Source: an uncultured delta proteobacterium
Lineage (GTDB): Bacteria > Myxococcota_A > Polyangia > Haliangiales > Haliangiaceae
Assembly (NCBI GenBank): GCA_963848295.1
Contig: CAWKDB010000010.1
Location: 1,952,001-2,016,000, forward strand
DNA: 64,000 nt
Direction of reading: 5' to 3'
Below the pieces are notes generated by a model. The model was not told where the DNA came from and did not search any database. It was given only the letters and a program-made list of their open reading frames with translations. The translations under genes were made by a program, and so were the position numbers. How positions within the stretch are numbered: position 1 is the stretch's first letter; each line of letters starts with the position of its first letter. Of this stretch, positions 33,447 through 41,918 are shown one piece after another.

Positions 33447-34763
33447 TCATGCGTCCTGGTGCAGCTCGAGTATCGGCGTGGTCGCGCCCGGAGGCATGCG
33501 AGCGAGCTTCGGCTCGAGCATGCAGATTATCGAGGATGCGATGACGTCTATCGCACCGTAGGCCTCGTCATCTTCACCGACGCGAATCCGATCCCACACG
33601 CCGTCCGCTTCGCGGCCGAGCTCGAGCAATGAGGTTCCAGATAGTCTCGGGCCGATCGGAGCCGAGTGCGGAAAGCCCCCCGCCGCGAGCGCGGCTAATG
33701 CGCGAGCGAACGTACCGATGACCAACGTGCCGTGCCACATACGCCGTGTACGATGCTCGTAACTCGCCTCGAATCGGTCATCGACATGGAGCAGGAGCTC
33801 GATCCTGCCGGAGTATGGGTTGTGTGGATTTCCATGGCAGTACGAGATCTGCGTGACGTTCATCGTTGCTTCGCGTCGCGCCGTGTCGACCAATCGGTCC
33901 GGGCCAGCCGTTCCCAGCGCCGGAACCAAGTCGCCGGCGACCGCCCCGGCGATCCGAATGATATCCCGATATCGACTGCTCGCCATCGGCGCGTCGAGTT
34001 GGCCTCGCGCACCATCACGCGTGCACGCGATCGCAATGACGTCTCCCTCATGCGGCGCCGCAGGTGCCGGAAAGCCGGCGAGCTCCATCGCGCCGACTGC
34101 GCGCTCCCACGTTCCTGCGACGAGGGTCCCACGCCAAACTTTGTCATCGCAGCGCAGCTCGAATGCGCCGCGCGTGAACGAAACGCTCGCGACCGGACCA
34201 CGCGTCTCGATCCTCGTGGTGCGCGCGAGCTCGGTCTCACTCGCGCGATCGGCGCCAGTCTCGCGCATGGCAGCGTCGAGTCGCTTCCAATCGATTCCAT
34301 CTTCGACCGGATGATCAAGCGACGATGCAGGCTTCGGCCGACCGACGGCGTTAGGCAAATACACGGTGAAGAACTGACTGTAGGCGACGCTGCGCACCAT
34401 TGTGGGTTGCGTATCGTCGATCACGAGCTGATATAGGTGGCGCAAGGTCGAAGGGGCGCGCGCGGCTCTGTCATATGCAGCCCATGCCAGAACGGCAACC
34501 GCGCGCGTTGCGACATCCGGCTCCTCGCGCATCATCTGCTCAGCGACTTCGCGATAGGCAGAGATCTGCCAATAGAACCCCAGCGTACGAATCGCCGCGG
34601 AGCGGAGCTCAGGATCCTCGTCGTGCAGATACTCGGCGATGACGGGCGCGAGGTTTGTTAGTGACGCCTTGCCAATCGCGATGATCGCGCTGTAGCGATC
34701 CCCCGAGGTCTTCGCGTCGCGTAGCGCGGCGAGCGCGGCCGTTTCGTCCGCCGTCATCGTCAT
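33447..34763 (-). CDS. HEAT-repeat immunity protein fused to two accessory domains
   Basis: ATGA-coupled to the orphan toxin; corresponds to paralogs of 29115-30017 and 28699-29118 in a single frame. Confidence 0.8.
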   Translation of the reverse strand: MTMTADETAALAALRDAKTSGDRYSAIIAIGKASLTNLAPVIAEYLHDEDPELRSAAIRTLGFYWQISAYREVAEQMMREEPDVATRAVAVLAWAAYDRAARAPSTLRHLYQLVIDDTQPTMVRSVAYSQFFTVYLPNAVGRPKPASSLDHPVEDGIDWKRLDAAMRETGADRASETELARTTRIETRGPVASVSFTRGAFELRCDDKVWRGTLVAGTWERAVGAMELAGFPAPAAPHEGDVIAIACTRDGARGQLDAPMASSRYRDIIRIAGAVAGDLVPALGTAGPDRLVDTARREATMNVTQISYCHGNPHNPYSGRIELLLHVDDRFEASYEHRTRRMWHGTLVIGTFARALAALAAGGFPHSAPIGPRLSGTSLLELGREADGVWDRIRVGEDDEAYGAIDVIASSIICMLEPKLARMPPGATTPILELHQDA

Positions 34764-35500
34764 ATCTTCGACTTGACTGTATCGAGGAACTTGGAATATC
34801 GCGACAGCCAAGCCTGGAGCAGTTCGCGCTCGCCGTAGCCACCCACCGCGGCGTCGACTCGGCCCAGTTCGTCCTTCACGGTCGCGATCGCGTTGAGCAC
34901 ACCTTCGCGAGCGGTCTCAACTTCCGCAACGTGGTCATACACGCGTCCCACCGCATTCGTGATCTCGACTCCTCGCTCCTCCTTGATCACCGCGGCCAGG
35001 TCATCGGGCTTCATGTGATCGCGAACCGCGTTCTCGGCGCGTCGCAAGATGTTCTGCATCGCCTCTGGTAGCGCCGAGAGGTCAGCTTCGCGCGAAATTC
35101 TGAGCACTCGATTGCGCTCGGTCGCGGCTTGCTCGAGGCTGCGCTGCTCGTCACTCGTCAGGGGCTGCGGCAGGGTCTTGCCGGTATTCGAGAGCTGTGA
35201 CTCGGGCAGGCCGAGCGTCTTCGGCCCTCGGGGTTCGGTTCCGGCGACCAGCGTCTCTTGGGGCTCGGCGGCAGCGTTGACGTCGTTGAACTCGGGTGGT
35301 GCAACCGCGACCATCGGCTGCGTGACCTTGCTAGCCGCGGCCTCGCTCCGGCGCGTACTCTCGATGTCGCCGCCGATCTGCTCGATGTGCCGCGGCCTGA
35401 TAGAAGCGGCTTTCTGACCCTCCACAGGGAAGTTGCCCATCAAGCTGTGGTCAGTGAATACAGCGCGCCCAGGCGAATCGGCGAGATCAACGTATTCGTC
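34760..35500 (-). pseudogene. Orphan toxin module: truncated metallopeptidase plus Ntox28-like tip
   Basis: In-frame homology to 30014-33199 starts abruptly at 35500 (DEYVDLADSPGRAVFTDHSLMG); tip DHMKPDDLAAVIKE..YDHVAEV. Confidence 0.8.
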
Positions 35501-35675
35501 GAACCCGACGAGACTGGGGCAATTGGCGCAACGCGCGGGAATCCTGCGTCACTGACCGCGGCAGTCGCGCGATCAAATGTTCCGCGCACCAACGTTCCGC
35601 GCCAACTCGTTCGCTTCTTGCGATGCTCGTAACTCGCCTCGAATCGATCGTCCGCGTAAAGCCTGAGCTCGAACC
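35501..35675. repeat. 175-bp direct repeat, copy 2 (internal fragment of the 139-aa gene)
   Basis: Matches 28886-29060. Confidence 0.92.
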
Positions 35676-35789
35676 TGCGCGAACTCGGTCTGGAGCCGGT
35701 GCTCGAGGTCGGGCCGGCGCTCCGGCTGCACAACCGCGGCCGTATCCGCGGTTCCATCGGCGTGCTGGTTCGTTACGGCTTCGGCTTCG

Positions 35790-36083
35790 TCACCGATTCT
35801 CGCCGTCTCGGTCGACTGGGGGCGTTGATTCTGCGTCAACGATTGTCGCCCCATTGAGAAGCGCAAGGGCGAACCCCGGGGCAGCGATCGTCAGTGTGTA
35901 TTCATTCGAAGTCTTAGGTGGGTCCACGAAAGCGACTGTTCGTATGACTATCGGGAGCGAGCCTTCGCGCGTCTGTGCCGTCGCGGCGATCCCGTGGCGG
36001 AGAGCTCCGCTTTCGAGTACTCCAGTTACCGTGTCGACGCCGGCAATTCTGGATACTTGCTTGACAACGAAACGGAGGCTCAT
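35790..36083 (-). CDS. Putative cognate immunity protein (97 aa)
   Basis: ATGA overlap with the toxin stop; small, beta-rich, visibly lower GC. Confidence 0.65.
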   Translation of the reverse strand: MSLRFVVKQVSRIAGVDTVTGVLESGALRHGIAATAQTREGSLPIVIRTVAFVDPPKTSNEYTLTIAAPGFALALLNGATIVDAESTPPVDRDGENR

Positions 36084-39000
36084 CGTGGTGCCTGCTCCTT
36101 CGCGAGTGTCTCTCGTAAGCGCCGCAGTCGCGCGATTGTCTGACGGGTTTCCACCGGCGAAATCCCGTACTGCCTACGGTTGCGAATCAGCTTTTCCGCC
36201 GCCTCGATCTCCATCTCAGTCACGTTGGCGCCGGTCGCCCGCCCGGTGCGATACTGCGCGGTGTGAATGAACTCCTCGAACGTCTCCGAGGCGGTTGGCT
36301 GGGGACGTAGCACCATGGTCTTCGCATTGAGTGTGACGGCACTGGCCTCGCGCGCTTCAAGATATGCTTGGGCTTCCGCATCCTGGGCGAGAACACCGCC
36401 CTGTCGTTCGAAGGCCCGTTTCATCTTTCCGAATCGCTCGGCGTCCATCGCGGGGCCGTCGATCGGCTCGCTCGTCATCCCTGCATCGAGGTCGTAGCCG
36501 CTCTGCGACCGATCTATCGTTGCCTCGACCTCCCACTCGTCCCCCGAGACCTCGGCGGGATCCTCGGGCACGCGGGTCGCTGAACCCTCGAGCGCCGTCT
36601 CGGTCTTCGCCGCGTCGGCCGCCTCGCCCGGCATGCGCGGTGCGCTGTCCGCGAGCTCCGCGTCGCCCGCGACTTCCTGAACGCCTTTATCGACGATCTC
36701 GGCCTTTGCCTCTTGAGTCGCGCCGTGCTCGACGAGCTCGCCTGCGGTCTTCTCGCCGATTTCGACTGCATCACCGCCGATCGCGCCGACCTTGCGCATC
36801 TGGGCGAACCTGGCGACGCCCACGGTCGCGAGATCGACGACGGCGTCGATCGCCAGCAACTTCGTATCGTCGGCCGGGTCGTAGGCTTCGCCCGCGACGG
36901 ACTTCTTGATCGCCATCGTCGCGAGCCCGGACGCGATGTCGATGAGCGCAAACAGCTCCGGCTGCGCCGTTAGTAGCGCGGCGATCTTCGCGATCGTCGC
37001 GAAGATGTGACCGAGGTGTTCGCCGAGCTTGATCTTCTCCTCGCGCTGAACGTCGAGCGTTTGCGCGAGGTTCTGGTCGATCTCGCGGAACTCGGCGTCG
37101 GAGACTCCCGACTTGAGCTCGCGCGGTCCCAGGCCGAACGGATCCGCCGCCGGTCGAAGCATGTCGTCTTGAACGAGCAGCTGCTCGCGCGCGAGCTCCT
37201 CGGTGCCGGCGTTGCCTCCGTACTGCTCGCGCATCGTCTCGCGGTTATCGAGCGAGTCGCTATGTTGCTTGTCGTAGAGCTCGACTTGAAGGCGATGCTC
37301 GAGATCGGGCCGGCGCTCCGGCTTGACGCCGTACTCGCGCACGTTGTCGATCTTCAGCTCCATCGCGTTCAGATCGTCGTGAGCGAGCTCGCGTTCGATC
37401 TCCTCGAGCGGCCTCTCGTCGCCCTCGGCCTTCGCGTTCAGTGCATCGTTCTGGAACTTGGCGAGCTCGGGCGCCTCGAGCATGTCCTTGCCGTACTTGG
37501 CCTTGAACTCGGCTTCGTCGAACATCAGACCCTTGTTCGACTTGATCCCTTCGAGCACGGCGACGCGATCCTTGTCGCTGTCCGCGCGGTGATACTCCGT
37601 CGCCGTGCTGAACTTGCCTTCGCTCCACAGCTCGGTGGTGCCGATCTCGTTGTCCGCTGCCTCTGCCTTGCGCTTCTCGCGGTCGTGATCTCGCGTGACG
37701 GCGAGCTGTTCCTCTACGAAGGCGTTGTCGCTGTGCCTATCGGTCTCGACGTACGACGCGTAGTGCGCGGCGAGCTGCTGGTCGACGCCATGCTCGTCGA
37801 CCTTCGTGGTGTCGCGCCCGGTGAGGATAGCCACCCCGCGTTGCTCGCTTGCATCGAGCTCGGTCGCCTTCGCGGCCAGGGCTTGTTTCTCGGCCAGCGC
37901 GGCCGCTCGCTTCTGGGGATCGGTGCTCGACAGGTCCGGACTCGTGAGCGCGGTCTCGATCTCCTTCTGGTCGTTTTCGCGCATGCCCTCGCGCAACGCG
38001 TAGGCGCGATCTTCGGCCCGTTCGCCGCGCAACAGCGCCGCGACCCGCATGTCGGTCGTATCGCCATCGTTGAACCGGTCCTTCAGTAGCTCGTCGAACG
38101 TCTCGCCGCCCGTCGCGGCAGCTTGCCGGTCCCACGCGGTCCGAGCCGCTTTGATCTCCTCGGGCGGCATCTGCTCGAGCTCGCGGAGCACGTTGCTCGC
38201 CTTGCGGACGTCGTAGTTGTGGAGGCTCTGCGCGTCGATCTGCCCGTAGTCGCCGGTCTTCATACCGTCGCCGCGCTTCTTCAGCATGTTCGCGATGTGA
38301 ATGCCTTCGGCCGCCGCGCGGTCTCCGGCTGACAGCTTCAAGATCTCGTCCCGATCGGCGCCGGGCGCGATTCGGACAGCAGCCCACTCGGGCCCGAGCA
38401 TCCACTGGCGCTGAGCTGCTTCCGCGAGCTGCGCAGGGGTGAGACCGCGTAATACTTCCTTGATCCGCTCGACGTCATCCCCGGCGTTGATCACGCCGAT
38501 CACCGCTGCGTGGACCGGATCGCCGCTGAGCCCGGCAACCGCTTCATCCTCGTTGCCTTTCGAGAGCGACTTGTCGAGCTCCTCGTAGATCGTGTGATCC
38601 CCATGGGTGTTCTTCCGGATCGCCGCGCGGATCATCTCGATCTCTTCGGGCGTGCGTGGGCCGAGTACTCGGGCGATCTTCTGCGCTTGGTCGTCGTCGT
38701 TCGCGTCGTCGGTACGAGTCACCGCGAGGACCTGCTCGGCCCACGCATTCGCCTGGGTGGCGAGTGCCGCGCGCGCGGTGGGGTTCATCTTCTCGAGCGC
38801 ATGCTCGGTCGCGTCGCGGTCGTCCGAGATCATGTCGAGCGCCTGCGCTTGGTCGCGGTTGCCGTGCCAGTCCGCTTTATCGATGAAATCGCGAAGCGAT
38901 ACGCCGGTCATCTGCTGGAACTTCGCCATCATCTTGTGGCGAACCAGCGGGTCATCGACACGATCGAGGACGTTCAGGAACTGCCAACGCGCGGCCTTGT

Positions 39001-39439
39001 GGTCGGTGTCGTCCTTTGCGGACACGAGGGTCGCGGCAAACGTGGTCGCTTGCAGGTCAGCAAGCTGGTCGCGGACCTGAGCCTTCACCTCTTCGTCGTG
39101 CGCGTGCTGCTCGGCCCCGGCGTCGACCGCCGCCTGTCGAGTCGCGGCCGCTACGCCAGGGTGCTCGGCAGCCTTCGCGGCGCTCGCCTGAATGACCTGC
39201 TGGACGTAGCCATTACCGAGTGAGCGGTGGAGGACCTCGATCATCTGTGCGTGCTCGCGCGGATACTCTTCGAGCAGGTGCGCGACCGTTGGGGGCGCCG
39301 GTCGCCCGCCGGCGATCAGCGCTCGCAGTCGCGCCGCACCGGAGCCCGTTGCGGGGGTCGGCTCGTGTTCGTGCTCCGCAGAGGGCGCGTTCGTCTCGGC
39401 ACGTTGCCCCGCGGAATGATCAGCACCGACCCCAGCCAC
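36080..39439 (-). CDS. Full-length polymorphic toxin: annexin-like helical trunk, hydrophobic pre-toxin segment, zincin-like tip
   Basis: 1119-aa ORF; trunk shared with 30014-33199 but a different C-terminus (FEEFIHTAQ..EIEAAEKL); followed by a coupled small gene. Confidence 0.82.
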   Translation of the reverse strand: MAGVGADHSAGQRAETNAPSAEHEHEPTPATGSGAARLRALIAGGRPAPPTVAHLLEEYPREHAQMIEVLHRSLGNGYVQQVIQASAAKAAEHPGVAAATRQAAVDAGAEQHAHDEEVKAQVRDQLADLQATTFAATLVSAKDDTDHKAARWQFLNVLDRVDDPLVRHKMMAKFQQMTGVSLRDFIDKADWHGNRDQAQALDMISDDRDATEHALEKMNPTARAALATQANAWAEQVLAVTRTDDANDDDQAQKIARVLGPRTPEEIEMIRAAIRKNTHGDHTIYEELDKSLSKGNEDEAVAGLSGDPVHAAVIGVINAGDDVERIKEVLRGLTPAQLAEAAQRQWMLGPEWAAVRIAPGADRDEILKLSAGDRAAAEGIHIANMLKKRGDGMKTGDYGQIDAQSLHNYDVRKASNVLRELEQMPPEEIKAARTAWDRQAAATGGETFDELLKDRFNDGDTTDMRVAALLRGERAEDRAYALREGMRENDQKEIETALTSPDLSSTDPQKRAAALAEKQALAAKATELDASEQRGVAILTGRDTTKVDEHGVDQQLAAHYASYVETDRHSDNAFVEEQLAVTRDHDREKRKAEAADNEIGTTELWSEGKFSTATEYHRADSDKDRVAVLEGIKSNKGLMFDEAEFKAKYGKDMLEAPELAKFQNDALNAKAEGDERPLEEIERELAHDDLNAMELKIDNVREYGVKPERRPDLEHRLQVELYDKQHSDSLDNRETMREQYGGNAGTEELAREQLLVQDDMLRPAADPFGLGPRELKSGVSDAEFREIDQNLAQTLDVQREEKIKLGEHLGHIFATIAKIAALLTAQPELFALIDIASGLATMAIKKSVAGEAYDPADDTKLLAIDAVVDLATVGVARFAQMRKVGAIGGDAVEIGEKTAGELVEHGATQEAKAEIVDKGVQEVAGDAELADSAPRMPGEAADAAKTETALEGSATRVPEDPAEVSGDEWEVEATIDRSQSGYDLDAGMTSEPIDGPAMDAERFGKMKRAFERQGGVLAQDAEAQAYLEAREASAVTLNAKTMVLRPQPTASETFEEFIHTAQYRTGRATGANVTEMEIEAAEKLIRNRRQYGISPVETRQTIARLRRLRETLAKEQAPR
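36589..38347. repeat. 1759-bp near-identical direct repeat, copy 2
   Basis: Matches 31402-33160. Confidence 0.95.
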
Positions 39440-39607
39440 AGCTCATCAATCTACGTGGCTGGTGGCTGAAATCAACCCACCTAAGTCGCCGAGCTGATCG
39501 TCGACGTAAATACCTTGCGAACGTGTACCGGTGGCTCTCAGCTGGCTGCAGTCGCTGTCCCAGATTGTGGCACCCGGAGAGGCGTCGTTCGCGCCACGTT
39601 CGCCCGG

Positions 39608-41434
39608 TCAGCGCGGCGCGCGCAGCAGGTTGCGCTCGGCGTGCGCGAGCACATCGATCATCTGATCGAGCATCGGCTCGTTCGCCGCGTGCGTGGTCGC
39701 GACCGTGACGTCCTTCGCGAACAACGCGACCATGTAGCGCAGGCGGGCACGCGGCTCGGCCGCGAGCGCGCGGTAGTCGGCGTGACCGATGTTGACGCGC
39801 CAGCTGCCCGATGACATCCGACTGCGCCAGCCGCTCGCCGGTTCGTCGACGAGCACCGGCTCGGGAATGCCGGCGCCCGGGCCGCCGATCGGAGGGCCGT
39901 CGACCACGTCGACCTCGGCGGTGGTCGATGCCGAGCCGCCGTTCGCCTCGGCGACGACGGTGATCGCGTAGAAGCCGCGGTCGGCGAGCTCGGCGAGCGC
40001 GATCGTGCGCGCGCTGCCCTCGCCGTCCATCGACAGCAATGGCGAGCTCGCCGACCACGTCGTCGCCGCCGCGATCGCCTGGCCGTTGAGGTCGGTGACG
40101 ATCGCGCGCACGCGGCGCGCACCTCCGGGCCACAAGCGGATCGGATCGGGCGACAGTCGAACGTGCGCGGCCGGGCCGGGAGGCAACAACTGCGGCTCGT
40201 GCGCGGGCTCGTCGCTTGGCGCGGGCGTCTCTCCGGTCGTGCTCGCGGCGGGGACCGAAGCGCCGGTCGCGAGCGGATCGATCGCGCGCTCGCCGTCGGG
40301 TCCGCCGCGCCCGACGATCGGCGACGGCATCTCGAGGTGAGGTAAGCGATCGCGTAGCCCGCGCAGCGCGCGGCGCAGCTCGGATAGCAGCTGGCGCTCC
40401 GACGCGGCGTGGCGCTGCTCGAGCTGGCGGTCGAGCGCGGCCTGCGCGTACGGCTCGATCCGGGCGAGCGCGGTGACGAACGCCGCCGCGGCCGCATCTG
40501 GGGTGACGCCGCGCCGCGAGCCCGGTGGCACCGCGAAGCCCGCGAACTCGATCGTGCCGGCGAGCGCGGGATCGGTCCACGGTGCGTGGTCGAGCCCGAG
40601 CGCGGCGAGCTCGCCGAGCCGATCGGCGACGACCGTGCCTCCGCAGGTCAGCTCGACGCCGGCCGCGCCGACGCTCGCGTGATACAGCTCGATGACGATC
40701 GGCGAACAGCCGGGCACCTCGACCTGCGCGGGTACATCGAGCCGAACGCCATCGAACCGCCGCGGCACGACCGGGATGCGATCGACGAGCACCCCGCGCG
40801 AATCGAGCTCGCGCACCTCGACCGCGGCGCCGCTCGACAGCAACGGGCCGCGCAGCTCGGCGCCGAGATAGTCGGCGAGCCGACGCGTCGTCAGCGGGCG
40901 CAGCGCCGCGGCGTGGAGCTCGCCGACCACGATCTCGGTGAACGTCGCGGGCGCGTCGATCGTGGGCGGCGCGGGCACGATCTCGGCGCGCGGCTCGTCC
41001 TCGACCAGGCGGAGCAGCCAGGGCGCCGACCCGGCGACCCGCGAGCGGATGTCCATGCGATGGCCGATCGACCAGAACCCGAGCAGCCCGATGCCGTACT
41101 GGCCCGCGACGATCTGCTCGTGGCGCTCGCGCGGCGACAGGTTGCGTTTGTGCGAGCGCCCGATGTGCGTCGCGATGTGGCGAAGCGCGGTCTCGCGGTC
41201 CTCGTCGGGGCGTATCCCGTCGCCGTCGTCGCGCACGACGAGCGTCGCCCGCCGGCCGCGCCGCCGCCGCTCGATCACGATCGCGCGCGCATTCGCGTCG
41301 ATCGCGTTCTGCACGAGCTCGGCGACCGCCTTGCGCGGATCGCTCTGGCTGCGCGCGAGCCAGCGGATCAGATCGAACGCGTCGGCCGGCTGCAGCCGCA
41401 CGCGGCTCGCATCACGCTTCGATCGGATCGGCAC
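39608..41434 (-). CDS. GHKL (HSP90/MORC-like) ATPase domain protein
   Basis: ELVQNAIDA, RDDGDGI, IGRSHK and GQYGIG; likely GTG start at 41434. Confidence 0.82.
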   Translation of the reverse strand: MPIRSKRDASRVRLQPADAFDLIRWLARSQSDPRKAVAELVQNAIDANARAIVIERRRRGRRATLVVRDDGDGIRPDEDRETALRHIATHIGRSHKRNLSPRERHEQIVAGQYGIGLLGFWSIGHRMDIRSRVAGSAPWLLRLVEDEPRAEIVPAPPTIDAPATFTEIVVGELHAAALRPLTTRRLADYLGAELRGPLLSSGAAVEVRELDSRGVLVDRIPVVPRRFDGVRLDVPAQVEVPGCSPIVIELYHASVGAAGVELTCGGTVVADRLGELAALGLDHAPWTDPALAGTIEFAGFAVPPGSRRGVTPDAAAAAFVTALARIEPYAQAALDRQLEQRHAASERQLLSELRRALRGLRDRLPHLEMPSPIVGRGGPDGERAIDPLATGASVPAASTTGETPAPSDEPAHEPQLLPPGPAAHVRLSPDPIRLWPGGARRVRAIVTDLNGQAIAAATTWSASSPLLSMDGEGSARTIALAELADRGFYAITVVAEANGGSASTTAEVDVVDGPPIGGPGAGIPEPVLVDEPASGWRSRMSSGSWRVNIGHADYRALAAEPRARLRYMVALFAKDVTVATTHAANEPMLDQMIDVLAHAERNLLRAPR

Positions 41435-41552
41435 GCCATCGGTTGTAGCGCGCGGCTCTGACGAGCGTGGTGCGGCCTCCGGATTGGGTCCGTGCGGCTC
41501 ACGCGTGTGCTCGCCGATGAGGGTTGGCACGCCCGCTGCTCCTCCGTACACC

Positions 41553-41891
41553 ATGCGCACCTGTCTCTTCGTTGTAACGTTCGCCGTGATCGCGGCATGC
41601 ACCAGCAGCTACCAGCCGCCGGATCTGTCGGGCTCGGTCGCGTGCGGGACCATGACATGCGGCGACGGTCAGCTGTGCATCGACTCGACGCGCGACGGCA
41701 GCGAGGGCTCGTCGAACGAGATCGAAACGTTCAGCTGCGCGACGCCACCCGCGGACTGCCAGCTCCTTGAATGCAGCTACGAATGCCCGCACGAGGGCGT
41801 GAGCAATTGCTGTCCGCCGTGCATCGTGGGTCTGTGCGGCGGCATCCCGGGCTATGACGGCAGCCGGAACGTCAGCTGCGTCGGCTTCTGA
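41553..41891 (+). CDS. Small Cys-rich lipoprotein
   Basis: MRTCLFVVTFAVIAAC lipobox; many Cys; GC-rich third codon positions. Confidence 0.75.
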   Translation: MRTCLFVVTFAVIAACTSSYQPPDLSGSVACGTMTCGDGQLCIDSTRDGSEGSSNEIETFSCATPPADCQLLECSYECPHEGVSNCCPPCIVGLCGGIPGYDGSRNVSCVGF

Positions 41892-41918
41892 TTCGCGACA
41901 ACGATGTCGCGGTTTGCG

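Noticed and set aside
35440..35757. 105-aa ORF as an intact gene
   Set aside because: It is a chimera spanning the 175-bp duplicated fragment and out-of-frame flanks.
39460..39485. Weak inverted repeat upstream of the toxin gene
   Set aside because: Short, imperfect and without a U-tract; cannot be supported as a terminator or operator.
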